A DNA stretch of 64,000 bases from positions 32,001 through 96,000 of the forward strand of contig DXJO01000038.1 of assembly GCA_019057475.1 (NCBI GenBank), written 5' to 3'. The notes under the pieces are model-generated. The model was not told the DNA's origin, ran no database searches, and saw only the letters and a program-made list of their open reading frames with translations. The translations under genes and the position numbers were made by a program. This DNA comes from Candidatus Thorarchaeota archaeon (GTDB lineage: Archaea > Asgardarchaeota > Thorarchaeia > Thorarchaeales > Thorarchaeaceae). Of the stretch, positions 29,085 through 38,070 are shown one piece after another (positions within the stretch are counted from its first letter, which is position 1; each line of letters begins with the position of its first letter).

Positions 29085-30314
29085 TCATTTCTTGCGAGTC
29101 GGATGCGACTTTGCTGATATAATGCAAATAACGTCTCGATCCTTGAGAGCGTGCTTGTCACTGATTTGCATCTTTGTCCGTGCATCGATGGCATGTATGA
29201 AGCTATCCATTAGATCTGTATGAATGACGCCAGCGAATTCCTTAGCTGTTATTCCTTTGGGCACCAAAAAGACATCTGGCAAGACGTTTCCATCCCCATC
29301 CGCAAGGGCATTGGCATCGTGCACGGGGTAGACAGTTATCATATCTAGGAAATCGAAAACGGCTTTGTTCAACAGGTTCTGTACACCAGTGCCTCCATGC
29401 TTCTTGAGAATCTCTTCTCTTATCTTCTCCAGCTGAGCCAGCTCGGCCTCATTGAGCACATCGGCTTTCGTTATCTCGAAATCATCATCGCCGGGGATGT
29501 AGCGAATCACACCTTTCTTGTCCAAATCCTTGAGCGCCTTTTCAGCCAGAGCGCTCACGGGAACGACCAGTAGCTCGGGAAAGGTCTCCTGCAGGCGCTT
29601 GAAGTTCTTTTCAGAAGTGGGCCTGTCAATCTTGTTGGCCGCTATGATTATCGGCTTTGCTATCCTCTGCAGAGTCCTGACGAATTCCTTTATCTCTTCT
29701 TCAGTCCAGTTATCTGCAGCTTCGGCCTTCAGTCCTGTGTCCCGAACTGCCTTGAGTATGTGTCCTCTGGATATCTTGAGCCCCGAGAGTTTCTCCAGAA
29801 GTAACTCATCGAGTTTCGCTCCTTCAGCTCTAACCCGCCCAACGATTCTCTTCCAGTCTTTCTGGACAATGGCTAGTGTCCACGCAGTAATCTCTTCCTC
29901 CAAGAACTTCACATCTTCAACGGGATCATGACTGCCTGCATCCATCTCTTGGCCCTCGGCGTCCAAGGCCCCGCTAGCGTCAACAATATGAATCAGAACA
30001 TCTGCCTGTCTAAGGTCGTCCAGAAACTGATTACCCATCCCCCTCCCCGCATGAGCACCTGGTACTAAGCCTGGCACGTCAATCATCTTGATGGGTACAA
30101 GCCTGATGCCATCAATACAGATCGAATTCTGTGGGTTATCTGTCACATCGAAGTCTCTACATGCGCACTGCGTTCGGACATGGGTCACGCCCAAATTAGC
30201 CTCGATTGTTGTGAATGGATAACTCCCTACCTTGAAATCGGTCATACAGGCTGCATTTGTGAAAGATGTCTTGCCACATGAAGGCTTGCCAACTATACCA
30301 ACACTGAATCCCAT
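29085..30314 (-). CDS. ychF: Obg-family ATPase/GTPase, archaeal YchF-like
   Basis: GKPSCGKT, YPFTTI, DVPG, NKID, C-terminal TGS domain. Confidence 0.9.
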   Translation of the reverse strand: MGFSVGIVGKPSCGKTSFTNAACMTDFKVGSYPFTTIEANLGVTHVRTQCACRDFDVTDNPQNSICIDGIRLVPIKMIDVPGLVPGAHAGRGMGNQFLDDLRQADVLIHIVDASGALDAEGQEMDAGSHDPVEDVKFLEEEITAWTLAIVQKDWKRIVGRVRAEGAKLDELLLEKLSGLKISRGHILKAVRDTGLKAEAADNWTEEEIKEFVRTLQRIAKPIIIAANKIDRPTSEKNFKRLQETFPELLVVPVSALAEKALKDLDKKGVIRYIPGDDDFEITKADVLNEAELAQLEKIREEILKKHGGTGVQNLLNKAVFDFLDMITVYPVHDANALADGDGNVLPDVFLVPKGITAKEFAGVIHTDLMDSFIHAIDARTKMQISDKHALKDRDVICIISAKSHPTRKK

Positions 30315-30446
30315 CGTGACTCACTTCCCTTGTACATTACTAGATTGCTCACCCTACATGATAAATCATTACTCTAACGTCTAGATAACACGTTCTCCTC
30401 TCTCGGCAGTCTAAGCGCTTCTCTCGTTCCATACCGATGAGTTTTT

Positions 30447-30486
30447 ATGAATCCAGATTCACAACCTAGTATGAATCCAGATTCAT
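30447..30486. promoter_or_regulatory. Tandem 16-bp palindromic operators overlapping a TATA box
   Basis: ATGAATCCAGATTCA(C/T) at 30447 and 30471 (24-bp period), upstream of the NifX-like operon. Confidence 0.75.
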
Positions 30487-30503
30487 TATACAGGGTGTGA
30501 AAA

Positions 30504-30977
30504 ATGGCGAAAATTTGTGTAACCTCTCAAGGTAACGACCTAGCTGCTCCTATCGATCCTCGGTTTGGTAGATGCGCTTACTTTATTATAGCCGACTCAG
30601 AAACCATGCAATTCGAGGCTATCTCTAACTCGGCCATGCGTGCCTCTGGCGGTGCCGGTATCCAAGCCGCACAGACGGTTGCATCAATGGGTGTGGAAGC
30701 CGTGATTACTGGTAGTGTTGGCCCAAACGCCTATCCCGCACTTCAGAATGCTGGCATTGAAATCATGACTGGCGTATCAGGCACAGTTAAGGATGCAATC
30801 GAGAGCTTCAAGCAGGGATCACTGACCAAGCTTGCTACTCCCGGACCGACCCAAAAGGGTTACGGAGTTGGAATGGGTGGCGGCATGGGTGGCGGTATGG
30901 GCCGTGGTGGCGGGCGTGGTCGCGGCGGAGGACGTGGTGGAGGACGTGGCGGCGGTGGAGGTCGCGGTAGGTGGTAG
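30504..30977 (+). CDS. NifB/NifX-family Fe-Mo cofactor-binding protein with an RGG-rich tail
   Basis: RFGRCAYF, GAGIQAAQ, GPNA; Gly/Arg-rich C-terminus. Confidence 0.9.
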   Translation: MAKICVTSQGNDLAAPIDPRFGRCAYFIIADSETMQFEAISNSAMRASGGAGIQAAQTVASMGVEAVITGSVGPNAYPALQNAGIEIMTGVSGTVKDAIESFKQGSLTKLATPGPTQKGYGVGMGGGMGGGMGRGGGRGRGGGRGGGRGGGGGRGRW

Positions 30978-31348
30978 AAATGACGAGTAAAGTCTTAATC
31001 CCAACTGATGATTCAGAAGGAAAAGTGGTTGCTGCGCATTTCGGTCGCGCTCAATACTTCACGGTATTTGATTTAAACGACGATGGTTCGGTTTCTGCTA
31101 AAACGGTTCATGCCAGTACTAGCGAACACTCAGGCGGTAGGGGACATGCGCACGATAATGTGCTGAACTACCAGCCTAACGTCATTATCGTAAGCGGGAT
31201 GGGCCCCCGAGGAATTAGAAGTTTCGAGAGTCAGAATATTGCTGTCCTTAGGGCAAACAGCCACTCAGTCGATGACGTCGTAGCCTCTTTTGTCAAGCGA
31301 GAGCTTGAAGAGCTCACGGAAGGCTGTGCAGACGCACATCACAAGTAG
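30971..31348 (+). CDS. NifB/NifX-family protein
   Basis: HFGRAQYF, GMGPRG. Confidence 0.85.
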   Translation: MVEMTSKVLIPTDDSEGKVVAAHFGRAQYFTVFDLNDDGSVSAKTVHASTSEHSGGRGHAHDNVLNYQPNVIIVSGMGPRGIRSFESQNIAVLRANSHSVDDVVASFVKRELEELTEGCADAHHK

Positions 31349-31362
31349 ACAGCAATCAAATC

Positions 31363-32211
31363 GTGGAGAAGTGCATCCTGTTGATTGTTGCAGTGGCTAG
31401 TGGAAAGGGTGGTACAGGCAAGACCACCGTGGCAGTAAATCTTGCTCTTTCAATCGGAAGTGCAAGGCTGCTTGATTGCGATGTTGAGGAACCGAATGCG
31501 CATACTCTGCTTCATCCTGCAGACATAGAATCAGTTCCCGTACTATCTCCAACCCCAGTGATTGATTCTGAGAAGTGCACATTATGTGGCAAATGCGCTG
31601 AATTCTGCGAGTTCAACGCACTCTTTGTAGGAAAAACAGACGTTCTTGTCTATGAGGAACTCTGTCATTCTTGCGGTGGCTGCACACTTGTTTGCCCTGA
31701 GAAGGCTATCACCGAAGTCGGAAGGCAGGTCGGTGAAGTACACTCAGCTGACATTGGCGATATTAAGTTGGTCTATGGCGCCTTGAAGGTGGGAGAACCC
31801 ATCGCTACCACTTTGATTAAGGCAGTGAAGAATGAGATAGATCCAAAGGCTATCAATATCCTAGATGCTCCACCAGGAACTGCCTGCCCTGTGATCGAGG
31901 TCATGAGGGAGAGCGACTACGTGATCCTCGTTACAGAACCAACGCCCTTCGGACTTCACGATCTCGCGATGACTGTCGATGTAATTCAGAAACTGGGAAT
32001 TCCATACGGTTTGATAGTGAATAGAGCTGGCATTGGCGACGATAAGGTTCGCGCGTACTGTGCAGAACAAAATATACCAATACTTCTTGAGATTCCCTTT
32101 GACAGGAAGATTGCCGAGTTGTACTCCAGAGGAGTGCCTTTTGTTCTGGAGATGCCCGAATGGCCAGAGAGATTCAGGGCTGTATTCGAAGATATCAAGG
32201 AGGCGCTCTAA
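31363..32211 (+). CDS. MinD-superfamily P-loop ATPase with ferredoxin insert
   Basis: SGKGGTGKTT, DCDVEEPN, two CxxCxxCxxxC motifs, EPTPFG. Confidence 0.92.
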   Translation: MEKCILLIVAVASGKGGTGKTTVAVNLALSIGSARLLDCDVEEPNAHTLLHPADIESVPVLSPTPVIDSEKCTLCGKCAEFCEFNALFVGKTDVLVYEELCHSCGGCTLVCPEKAITEVGRQVGEVHSADIGDIKLVYGALKVGEPIATTLIKAVKNEIDPKAINILDAPPGTACPVIEVMRESDYVILVTEPTPFGLHDLAMTVDVIQKLGIPYGLIVNRAGIGDDKVRAYCAEQNIPILLEIPFDRKIAELYSRGVPFVLEMPEWPERFRAVFEDIKEAL

Positions 32212-32212
32212 G

Positions 32213-33079
32213 ATGGTCGTTGAGATTGCCATCATAAGTGGGAAGGGCGGCACGGGGAAAACAACGATAGCTGCTGCTTTCGCAGCCATTGCAGGCAACC
32301 TAATACTGGCGGACTGCGATGTCGATGCGCCCGATCTACACATTCTCCTTCATCCAGAAATTGTGACCAAGACGGATTTTGTGGGCTCCAAAGTCGCCTA
32401 CATAGACCCAGAACTATGCACTGAATGTGGGCTCTGTTCGGAGCATTGTCGCTTTGAGGCTGCACACCCTCCAGAGATTGACCGAATGGCATGTGAAGGC
32501 TGTAGTGTCTGCGCCTTTGTATGTCCTGAGCATGCAGTAGAGATGAAAGACCGCGTGTCTGGACATCTATTCGAGTCAACTACGCGCTTCGGACCGATGT
32601 CTCATGCAAAGCTGCTGCCTGGTGAAGGCAACTCAGGAAAGCTAGTCACAGATGTGAGACAGCTTGGCATGAAGCTCGCTTCGGCCGCTGGAAAGACGCG
32701 AATCCTTATCGATGGATCTCCGGGAATTGGATGCCCAGTAATCGCAACAGTCACTGGACTTACCATGGGGGTTGTCGTCACTGAGCCTACACTCAGTGGG
32801 GTTCACGATATGGAGCGCATTCTTTCTTTGCTGCAGCGCTTCAACGTGAAATCCGGAGTGATAATCAACAAGTACGACATTAACATAGAAAATACAGAGC
32901 AGATTGAGAAGTACTGTGCAAGCATTGGGGTCACAGTTCTCGGTCGAGTTCCATTCGACCGAACCATGACAAAATCAATGGTCGCCGCAAAGACGGTACC
33001 TGAGTTCGCACCCAAGCACGAACTCACAGAAATCTTGACTAAGATCTGGGGTAGAATTGAAAAGAACCTACCCAAATAA
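32213..33079 (+). CDS. MinD-superfamily P-loop ATPase with ferredoxin insert (paralog)
   Basis: SGKGGTGKTT, DCDVDAPDL, two 4Fe-4S motifs, GSPGIGCP. Confidence 0.92.
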   Translation: MVVEIAIISGKGGTGKTTIAAAFAAIAGNLILADCDVDAPDLHILLHPEIVTKTDFVGSKVAYIDPELCTECGLCSEHCRFEAAHPPEIDRMACEGCSVCAFVCPEHAVEMKDRVSGHLFESTTRFGPMSHAKLLPGEGNSGKLVTDVRQLGMKLASAAGKTRILIDGSPGIGCPVIATVTGLTMGVVVTEPTLSGVHDMERILSLLQRFNVKSGVIINKYDINIENTEQIEKYCASIGVTVLGRVPFDRTMTKSMVAAKTVPEFAPKHELTEILTKIWGRIEKNLPK

Positions 33080-33120
33080 GAAGCGGGAGCGAAGGTGGGA
33101 CTAGTCCCACTCCGCCTTTC
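33080..33120. terminator. Hairpin between convergent genes
   Basis: GTGGGA-CTAG-TCCCAC perfect inverted repeat in a short convergent intergenic region. Confidence 0.5.
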
Positions 33121-33122
33121 GC

Positions 33123-33431
33123 CTATTGCTGCTCTAGTTCCTTCATTCTCTCTTCTATTCGAGAGAGGGTTTCCTGCAACGACTTTAGCTGGGCTTCCAT
33201 CATGTCCTTCTGTTGCTGCAGTGTCTGAATGTTACTAGCAACAACTGGTCGCGCAGCTGCACTGCTTCCTACAGCTGGATTCCAGTAACCTAGACTCCAG
33301 CAGGAGCCCGGCCCATAGAGCCAGCCCGGTCTCTCCCATGGGGGGAGATGACTGAACGGTCCATTGCCTGGCCAACGGCCTCTACCGCCGCCACCACGAC
33401 CGCCTCTGCGACCATAACCACCATATGCCAT
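33123..33431 (-). CDS. DUF5320-like Gly/Arg-rich protein with C-terminal coiled coil
   Basis: GRGGGGRGRWPG..LPPWERPGW; coiled-coil C-terminus; typical of NifX/MinD clusters. Confidence 0.7.
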   Translation of the reverse strand: MAYGGYGRRGGRGGGGRGRWPGNGPFSHLPPWERPGWLYGPGSCWSLGYWNPAVGSSAAARPVVASNIQTLQQQKDMMEAQLKSLQETLSRIEERMKELEQQ

Positions 33432-33542
33432 TTTTCCAATTCACCTTCAAGTTCCTATTTTTGTGCATATACACAACATTATTTCTGTGCATAGGAACGA
33501 ATTTAAGTATGTCGCTTATGATGACTAACGGCGCGGCGACTC

Positions 33543-33890
33543 ATGCAAATCGAGCACCGCATGTGGGTGAACTCAATGCATAGAAGACGAAGGGGTCAAA
33601 GAGGTAGATTTCCAATTCAACCTAACATCAAAGAACATCCTATGGCACGCCGGTTGATTCCTGAACCCTTAGTAGATGATAGAGCACTATACCTAGATCT
33701 TGCGGAAGCTGAAACTCTCAGGTTAGTCGATTTGGAAGGACTGTACCAGGAGCAAGCCGGAGCGGTCATGGGTGTATCCAGGGGCACAATATGGCGGCTT
33801 CTCTTCAGCGCGCGGCAGAAGGTGGTGCGGTCAATCTATGAGGGGCGCCCATTGGTGATTGGACTTCCTGATAGTCCCGATGAGAACTGA
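33543..33890 (+). CDS. DUF134 family HTH protein
   Basis: EAETLRLVDLEGLYQEQAGAVMGVSRGTIWRLL. Confidence 0.85.
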   Translation: MQIEHRMWVNSMHRRRRGQRGRFPIQPNIKEHPMARRLIPEPLVDDRALYLDLAEAETLRLVDLEGLYQEQAGAVMGVSRGTIWRLLFSARQKVVRSIYEGRPLVIGLPDSPDEN

Positions 33891-34052
33891 GCGGCGCTCT
33901 TGCAGCCGCGGAATAGTATTCAATCTGTCCTGTCCGTTTGTTAAGTACCAGTAGTAAAATCGTTACCGTTGAGCGGCACGTTTCGACAGTCGAGATACCT
34001 TGCTCCCTCTTGCTTTTGCTAGGCCGCGTTGGAACACCACTAGAACGCATCC

Positions 34053-34556
34053 TTGAAGCACTCTGTCGTGCTACACTGGCTTATATGTAAGATTTCAAAG
34101 TTGATATTGGAGAGGAACGTGATTCAGTCAAGTGTGTCTAGCCATCCGGTAATGGTCGATGAGTTTGTTCTACTGCGCAGGCCAGCCGTTCCTCGCTTTT
34201 GGGATTCTGATGCAAGGCCGCATGTTGCTGCCATACTGGATGATCCTGTGACTGGAAAGAAGATGCGGTACTATCTGTCTACATTTCCTCAGGGCAATGT
34301 CACAGGTCGCATACCGCTTGAGGTAGTTGATATAGACGCACTTGGGCTTACAGAAGGCACCGGCCTTGAGGTGCGATTTGATGACATGAGATCCAATCTA
34401 TACAAGCTGGAGCTTGTCGAGAATGTGCCATGCTGGCGATGGGTAGGCCGCAGTAGAGGACTGCAGGATGTCGAATACCCGCCGTCCATTGAAAGAGCGT
34501 GGGGGAATCTCGTGTACGATGCCACAGCTGGAGCAGACGAGCTCGTGAAAAAATAG
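34053..34556 (+). CDS. Hypothetical protein (start probably downstream)
   Basis: Open frame with protein-like composition; no motif recognised. Confidence 0.5.
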   Translation: MKHSVVLHWLICKISKLILERNVIQSSVSSHPVMVDEFVLLRRPAVPRFWDSDARPHVAAILDDPVTGKKMRYYLSTFPQGNVTGRIPLEVVDIDALGLTEGTGLEVRFDDMRSNLYKLELVENVPCWRWVGRSRGLQDVEYPPSIERAWGNLVYDATAGADELVKK

Positions 34557-34626
34557 ACCGTTCTCTCACTTGACCAGCTTTTTCGTAGGATAGAAAAACA
34601 TTGACCTCATTGCTACAGAGGAAGTG

Positions 34627-34914
34627 CTAATGGACAACTTCCAATTGCTCCTTCTCAATCCCCTTGACAATCTCAAGGATTCGTCTTCCTCTGGCACTTA
34701 TCCTGTAGAAGTCACCCGCTTCAGTGAATACATGATCTACAAGTGCAAGTCTGTCCAGGTTTGCAACTGCTCTTGAAACCTGCGGATTGTGTGAAACTCT
34801 CAACGCTTTTTTCAAACTTGTGAACGTCATCTCACTCTCACCTAATGATTCCAAGATTTTCAATGACCATTTATGATTCAATACTTCTTTCAATATATCA
34901 ACAGTATTAGTCAT
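34627..34914 (-). CDS. HxlR-like winged-helix regulator
   Basis: KWSLKILESL..MTFTSLKKAL..YRISARGR. Confidence 0.75.
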   Translation of the reverse strand: MTNTVDILKEVLNHKWSLKILESLGESEMTFTSLKKALRVSHNPQVSRAVANLDRLALVDHVFTEAGDFYRISARGRRILEIVKGIEKEQLEVVH

Positions 34915-34930
34915 TTCAACCACACAACCA

Positions 34931-34967
34931 GTAACATTAGCGTTACCATCAGTAACAATAACGTTAC
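34931..34967. promoter_or_regulatory. Tandem GTAAC-N6-GTTAC operators between divergent genes
   Basis: GTAACattagcGTTAC (34931-34946) and GTAACaataacGTTAC (34952-34967), 21-bp period. Confidence 0.75.
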
Positions 34968-35022
34968 TTGGCGATTTAAGTATATCCATTGATTCATACA
35001 AGGTTGTAGCGTGGTAAGAGCG

Positions 35023-35613
35023 ATGTTTCGTGAGGAACTCAGTGAACAAGGCAAAGCAGAAGATCAAAACATCGCCCTCTGGAAACGTGATCACGTTGTC
35101 TTTCTTCTTGGCTCCGGTTTTCCCCCAGAAGCCTTGGAATTCAGGAAGAAAGCAGGGAAGGCGCTCAAGGACCGTGGATACGATATTCTTGTGATGGGGG
35201 AGCTAGATGGGGCTCCGACTGAAGATGACAGCAAGGAGCTTGCAAATGAGAAGTTTCGGCGAATATTGAAGAACTATAGACCGAACTTGTTTCTAATTCT
35301 GGTCAGTCAGAGTCTGCCAGCTGCCAATGGGGTGACCTACGAGATTGCCACACTTATTGAAAGACATGGAATCAAGAAGGCAAGTAGTATGATTCGTATG
35401 TGTGCCAAGAAGATAAAATCTGATGGGGACTCGGATCAGAGCGTGATTAATGAATTGATTTCAGCTGTAATTCATTACATGATGTACCTACAACTACTCA
35501 ATCAGGCTGGCTTCAAACTGGATGTCATTGAAGAGGATTTCTTGTGGACCGCAACCCTTGAGATAACTAAGGAACCAGATGAACAGCTCTTCGATATTCT
35601 CATCCCGTCCTAG
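35023..35613 (+). CDS. Hypothetical protein, possible NDT/TIR-like flavodoxin fold
   Basis: VFLLGSG..ALKDRGYDILV..LFLILV..NGVTYEI pattern. Confidence 0.45.
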   Translation: MFREELSEQGKAEDQNIALWKRDHVVFLLGSGFPPEALEFRKKAGKALKDRGYDILVMGELDGAPTEDDSKELANEKFRRILKNYRPNLFLILVSQSLPAANGVTYEIATLIERHGIKKASSMIRMCAKKIKSDGDSDQSVINELISAVIHYMMYLQLLNQAGFKLDVIEEDFLWTATLEITKEPDEQLFDILIPS

Positions 35614-35772
35614 TCTGGAACTCTCGTGTTCCTTGGCAGGTCAAGATTATTACTAGTCTGGTTGATTTATGTAATCAGACTGTGAACGCCCTTCTGATAT
35701 CAGCAGGCTGTGTTTGGCAAGTATTAAAACCAAGCTCATCAATAGGTTATGCTCACTCAAGGAGGTGAAAGA

Positions 35773-36066
35773 ATGCCTATCTTTGTAATCCTTGCAAAGT
35801 TCACAACTGAAGGTATCAAGGGAATAAAGAAAGCCCCAGAGCGGCTTAAGGCTGCTCAAGAGATTGTCAAATCTGTTGGTTTTGAGATTAAGGGCGCTTA
35901 CTATACGATGGGCCGATACGACTATGTTGCCATTGTCGAGGGACCATCTGTCGAAGCCGCGATGAAAGGTCTGTTCATGCTTGGTACTGGAGGAGTAGTT
36001 AAGACCGAAACTCTTGTTGGACTCTCAATGGAAGAAGCTTTGAAGGTCATTTCAGAGCTACCTTAG
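35773..36066 (+). CDS. GYD-domain protein
   Basis: YYTMGRYDYVAIVE; strong GGAGGTGA ribosome-binding site. Confidence 0.85.
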   Translation: MPIFVILAKFTTEGIKGIKKAPERLKAAQEIVKSVGFEIKGAYYTMGRYDYVAIVEGPSVEAAMKGLFMLGTGGVVKTETLVGLSMEEALKVISELP

Positions 36067-36300
36067 TGAGTCCTCCCTGGTATATGTCAATTAGCACTGG
36101 CACCGCATCAAGTAGAATGCACCATAGTCCACCCGCCAGTTGAACATTCCTGTGTCGTCAATTTTCCGGTGTGCAATTCACCATCAGCCATTTTTAGTCT
36201 CTTTTGTTTCATGGAGTATGCACCTATTTGGTGGCTTGTTACAAACTGAGCGAGATCCAGAATGCAATCCACAGTATCATCATCGGCGGGTTTGGAGAAA

Positions 36301-36357
36301 TGGTGGCGGGTGGTCGATTCGGATGGCCAATCTCGAGGCTATGGGCCCTACGGGATA
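36301..36357 (-). pseudogene. Decayed intron-less 3' fragment of tRNA-iMet (att-like remnant)
   Basis: UAUCCCG-UAGGG-CCCAUAG-CCUCG-AGAUU-GGCCA-UCCGAAU-CGACC-ACCCGCC-ACCA aligns position for position with the spliced tRNA at 39146-39259. Confidence 0.8.
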
Positions 36358-36519
36358 CGAAGGTATGCGAACGCCCTTCTGGGCAACATTCATCTCCTTA
36401 TGATACGACGTAGTTATGGACCCGATTGGGCGTCACACAATCGCCTGGTATGATTCTGTTCGCCCTGCTGCTTCGAGTTCGAAATCTGTGAACGCATCGA
36501 CACGGCATCAAGAGCGGAG

Positions 36520-37305
36520 ATGAAGGTCATGAAGATACCATGGGACTGGGACTCCAAGGAGATACAGATAGTCACTTTGCTCGTGATAGTACTCCTCCTG
36601 TTTGCGCCGTTATTCTTTGGTCTGTACATAATCTACGTGAATCCTCCTCTGGCAAGTGTAGAATATGGTGGTGAAGACACGTTCGTCAGCTCTCTAGACT
36701 CTAGTGAACATTCGACAGACCCAATTATCAGAATCAGCAATTATACTGATGACGGTCATGAAACAGTCGAGATTGGCTTCTTTGAATTCGACTATGTACC
36801 TTTGCCAGGTGGCGGAGAGGTCGTTGCCGTGTACTTCAGTTTCTCTTGCGACGAGGTATTATCAGGTGGTTTGGTCCTATTCCACACCATAGAAAATGAG
36901 AGCCTGTGGAGCCCTTTCGTCACCGATCTTGAGAATCTGACCTACGCGAGCATGCCTTCGTATCACTCAACGCCATTTACCACGACTGATGTGGCAGCAA
37001 ACGGAACCTACACAGTCAAGCTCTCTTCGCCTGGCGGACCTGCTGAGAATCATCTTTCCGCAGTTGTAGTGGTTGTAATTACTGCTGAACAAGGAGTTCG
37101 GCTTCTGCTAGATTCCCTTGAATCGTCTGTGGTATCACGTGTACCGCGGATGATTGTGTACCAAACAATCGGATTCATGATCCGGAATCCTTTGGTATAC
37201 TACCTACATCCTTTGTCCTTAGTGCCTGTGCTCGCCGCAGCCATCTTGTTGAAAGTTCTCTATCAAAAGGTCAGAGCCCAGAAAACCGCTTTCACACCCG
37301 GCTAG
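36520..37305 (+). CDS. Membrane-anchored hypothetical protein (N- and C-terminal TM helices)
   Basis: Hydrophobic termini flanking a Ser/Thr-rich beta domain. Confidence 0.65.
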   Translation: MKVMKIPWDWDSKEIQIVTLLVIVLLLFAPLFFGLYIIYVNPPLASVEYGGEDTFVSSLDSSEHSTDPIIRISNYTDDGHETVEIGFFEFDYVPLPGGGEVVAVYFSFSCDEVLSGGLVLFHTIENESLWSPFVTDLENLTYASMPSYHSTPFTTTDVAANGTYTVKLSSPGGPAENHLSAVVVVVITAEQGVRLLLDSLESSVVSRVPRMIVYQTIGFMIRNPLVYYLHPLSLVPVLAAAILLKVLYQKVRAQKTAFTPG

Positions 37306-37404
37306 TTGCTGGACATTGTAGCGATATTGACCGGTTTGAGGCTGAGCTGTCTGAACGTGAAGCTGTGAGCATGGGGAAATGGCTTCTGTCAACCTCATCT
37401 GGGT

Positions 37405-37424
37405 AGAAGAAATGGTAGCGGGTG
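37405..37424 (-). repeat. Exact 20-bp copy of the tRNA-iMet 3' end and flank
   Basis: AGAAGAAATGGTAGCGGGTG identical to 39138-39157. Confidence 0.85.
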
Positions 37425-37480
37425 GTGACTTCTGAGAGCATTTATGAGCGGTCTGGAATATGGTATAGCGGGTATGAACT

Positions 37481-37969
37481 GTGCGATATGGCTTGGAAGC
37501 AGCAGGAGTGATCATTCTGGCCCTTTTAGTAGCTACATCCTTGTACTGGTCATATCAATCATATCTATCATATCGATTCAGTGTGGTCGAATTCGAGAAA
37601 ACATACTTCGAAGGAGAAATGTATTCGGGCCCAAACAGTGAAGGTAGATGGAGTGTTCACTTTCCTGCTCAATCAATCAACTGGACCATTGAGATCGACA
37701 TAATGTTTCTGGAAGACAGCTTTGACCTTGTAGTCGTTTTTGGCTTCCTCTCTTGGGACGAATATCAGAGTAGGAGAGAAGACGACCCCAGTGTCATCTA
37801 TCTAGAGAAAATCAATGTATCAGAAATCACGGAAACAATTACGATGGACCTTCAGGCACATCAAAGCACAATTCGAATCCTGCTAAATCATGAGAGCAGC
37901 TTAACCCTGACAGGGCACATTGTGGCACGATGTCTTGCCCCCAGATGGGCACGTTGGGATCCCCAGTAG
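37481..37969 (+). CDS. Secreted or membrane-anchored hypothetical protein
   Basis: N-terminal TM helix, beta-rich domain. Confidence 0.6.
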   Translation: MRYGLEAAGVIILALLVATSLYWSYQSYLSYRFSVVEFEKTYFEGEMYSGPNSEGRWSVHFPAQSINWTIEIDIMFLEDSFDLVVVFGFLSWDEYQSRREDDPSVIYLEKINVSEITETITMDLQAHQSTIRILLNHESSLTLTGHIVARCLAPRWARWDPQ

Positions 37970-38052
37970 CACTGATTCATTCGCTGACCTGCGTTGAGCA
38001 AACTGTGTAACCGCTAATGGTAAGGCCATGATGCCAATGAGTCACATAGAAG

Positions 38053-38069
38053 AGAAACGGTGGCGGGTG
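38053..38069 (-). repeat. Degenerate copy of the tRNA-iMet 3' end
   Basis: AGAAACGGTGGCGGGTG, 2 mismatches in 17 versus the tRNA end. Confidence 0.65.
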
Positions 38070-38070
38070 G

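Noticed and set aside
30870-30972. GGC/GGT-rich low-complexity repeat
   Set aside because: Encodes the usual RGG/GMG tail of NifX-family proteins
36128-36140. Inverted CCACCCGCCA resembling the tRNA end
   Set aside because: Too short and in the opposite orientation; may be chance
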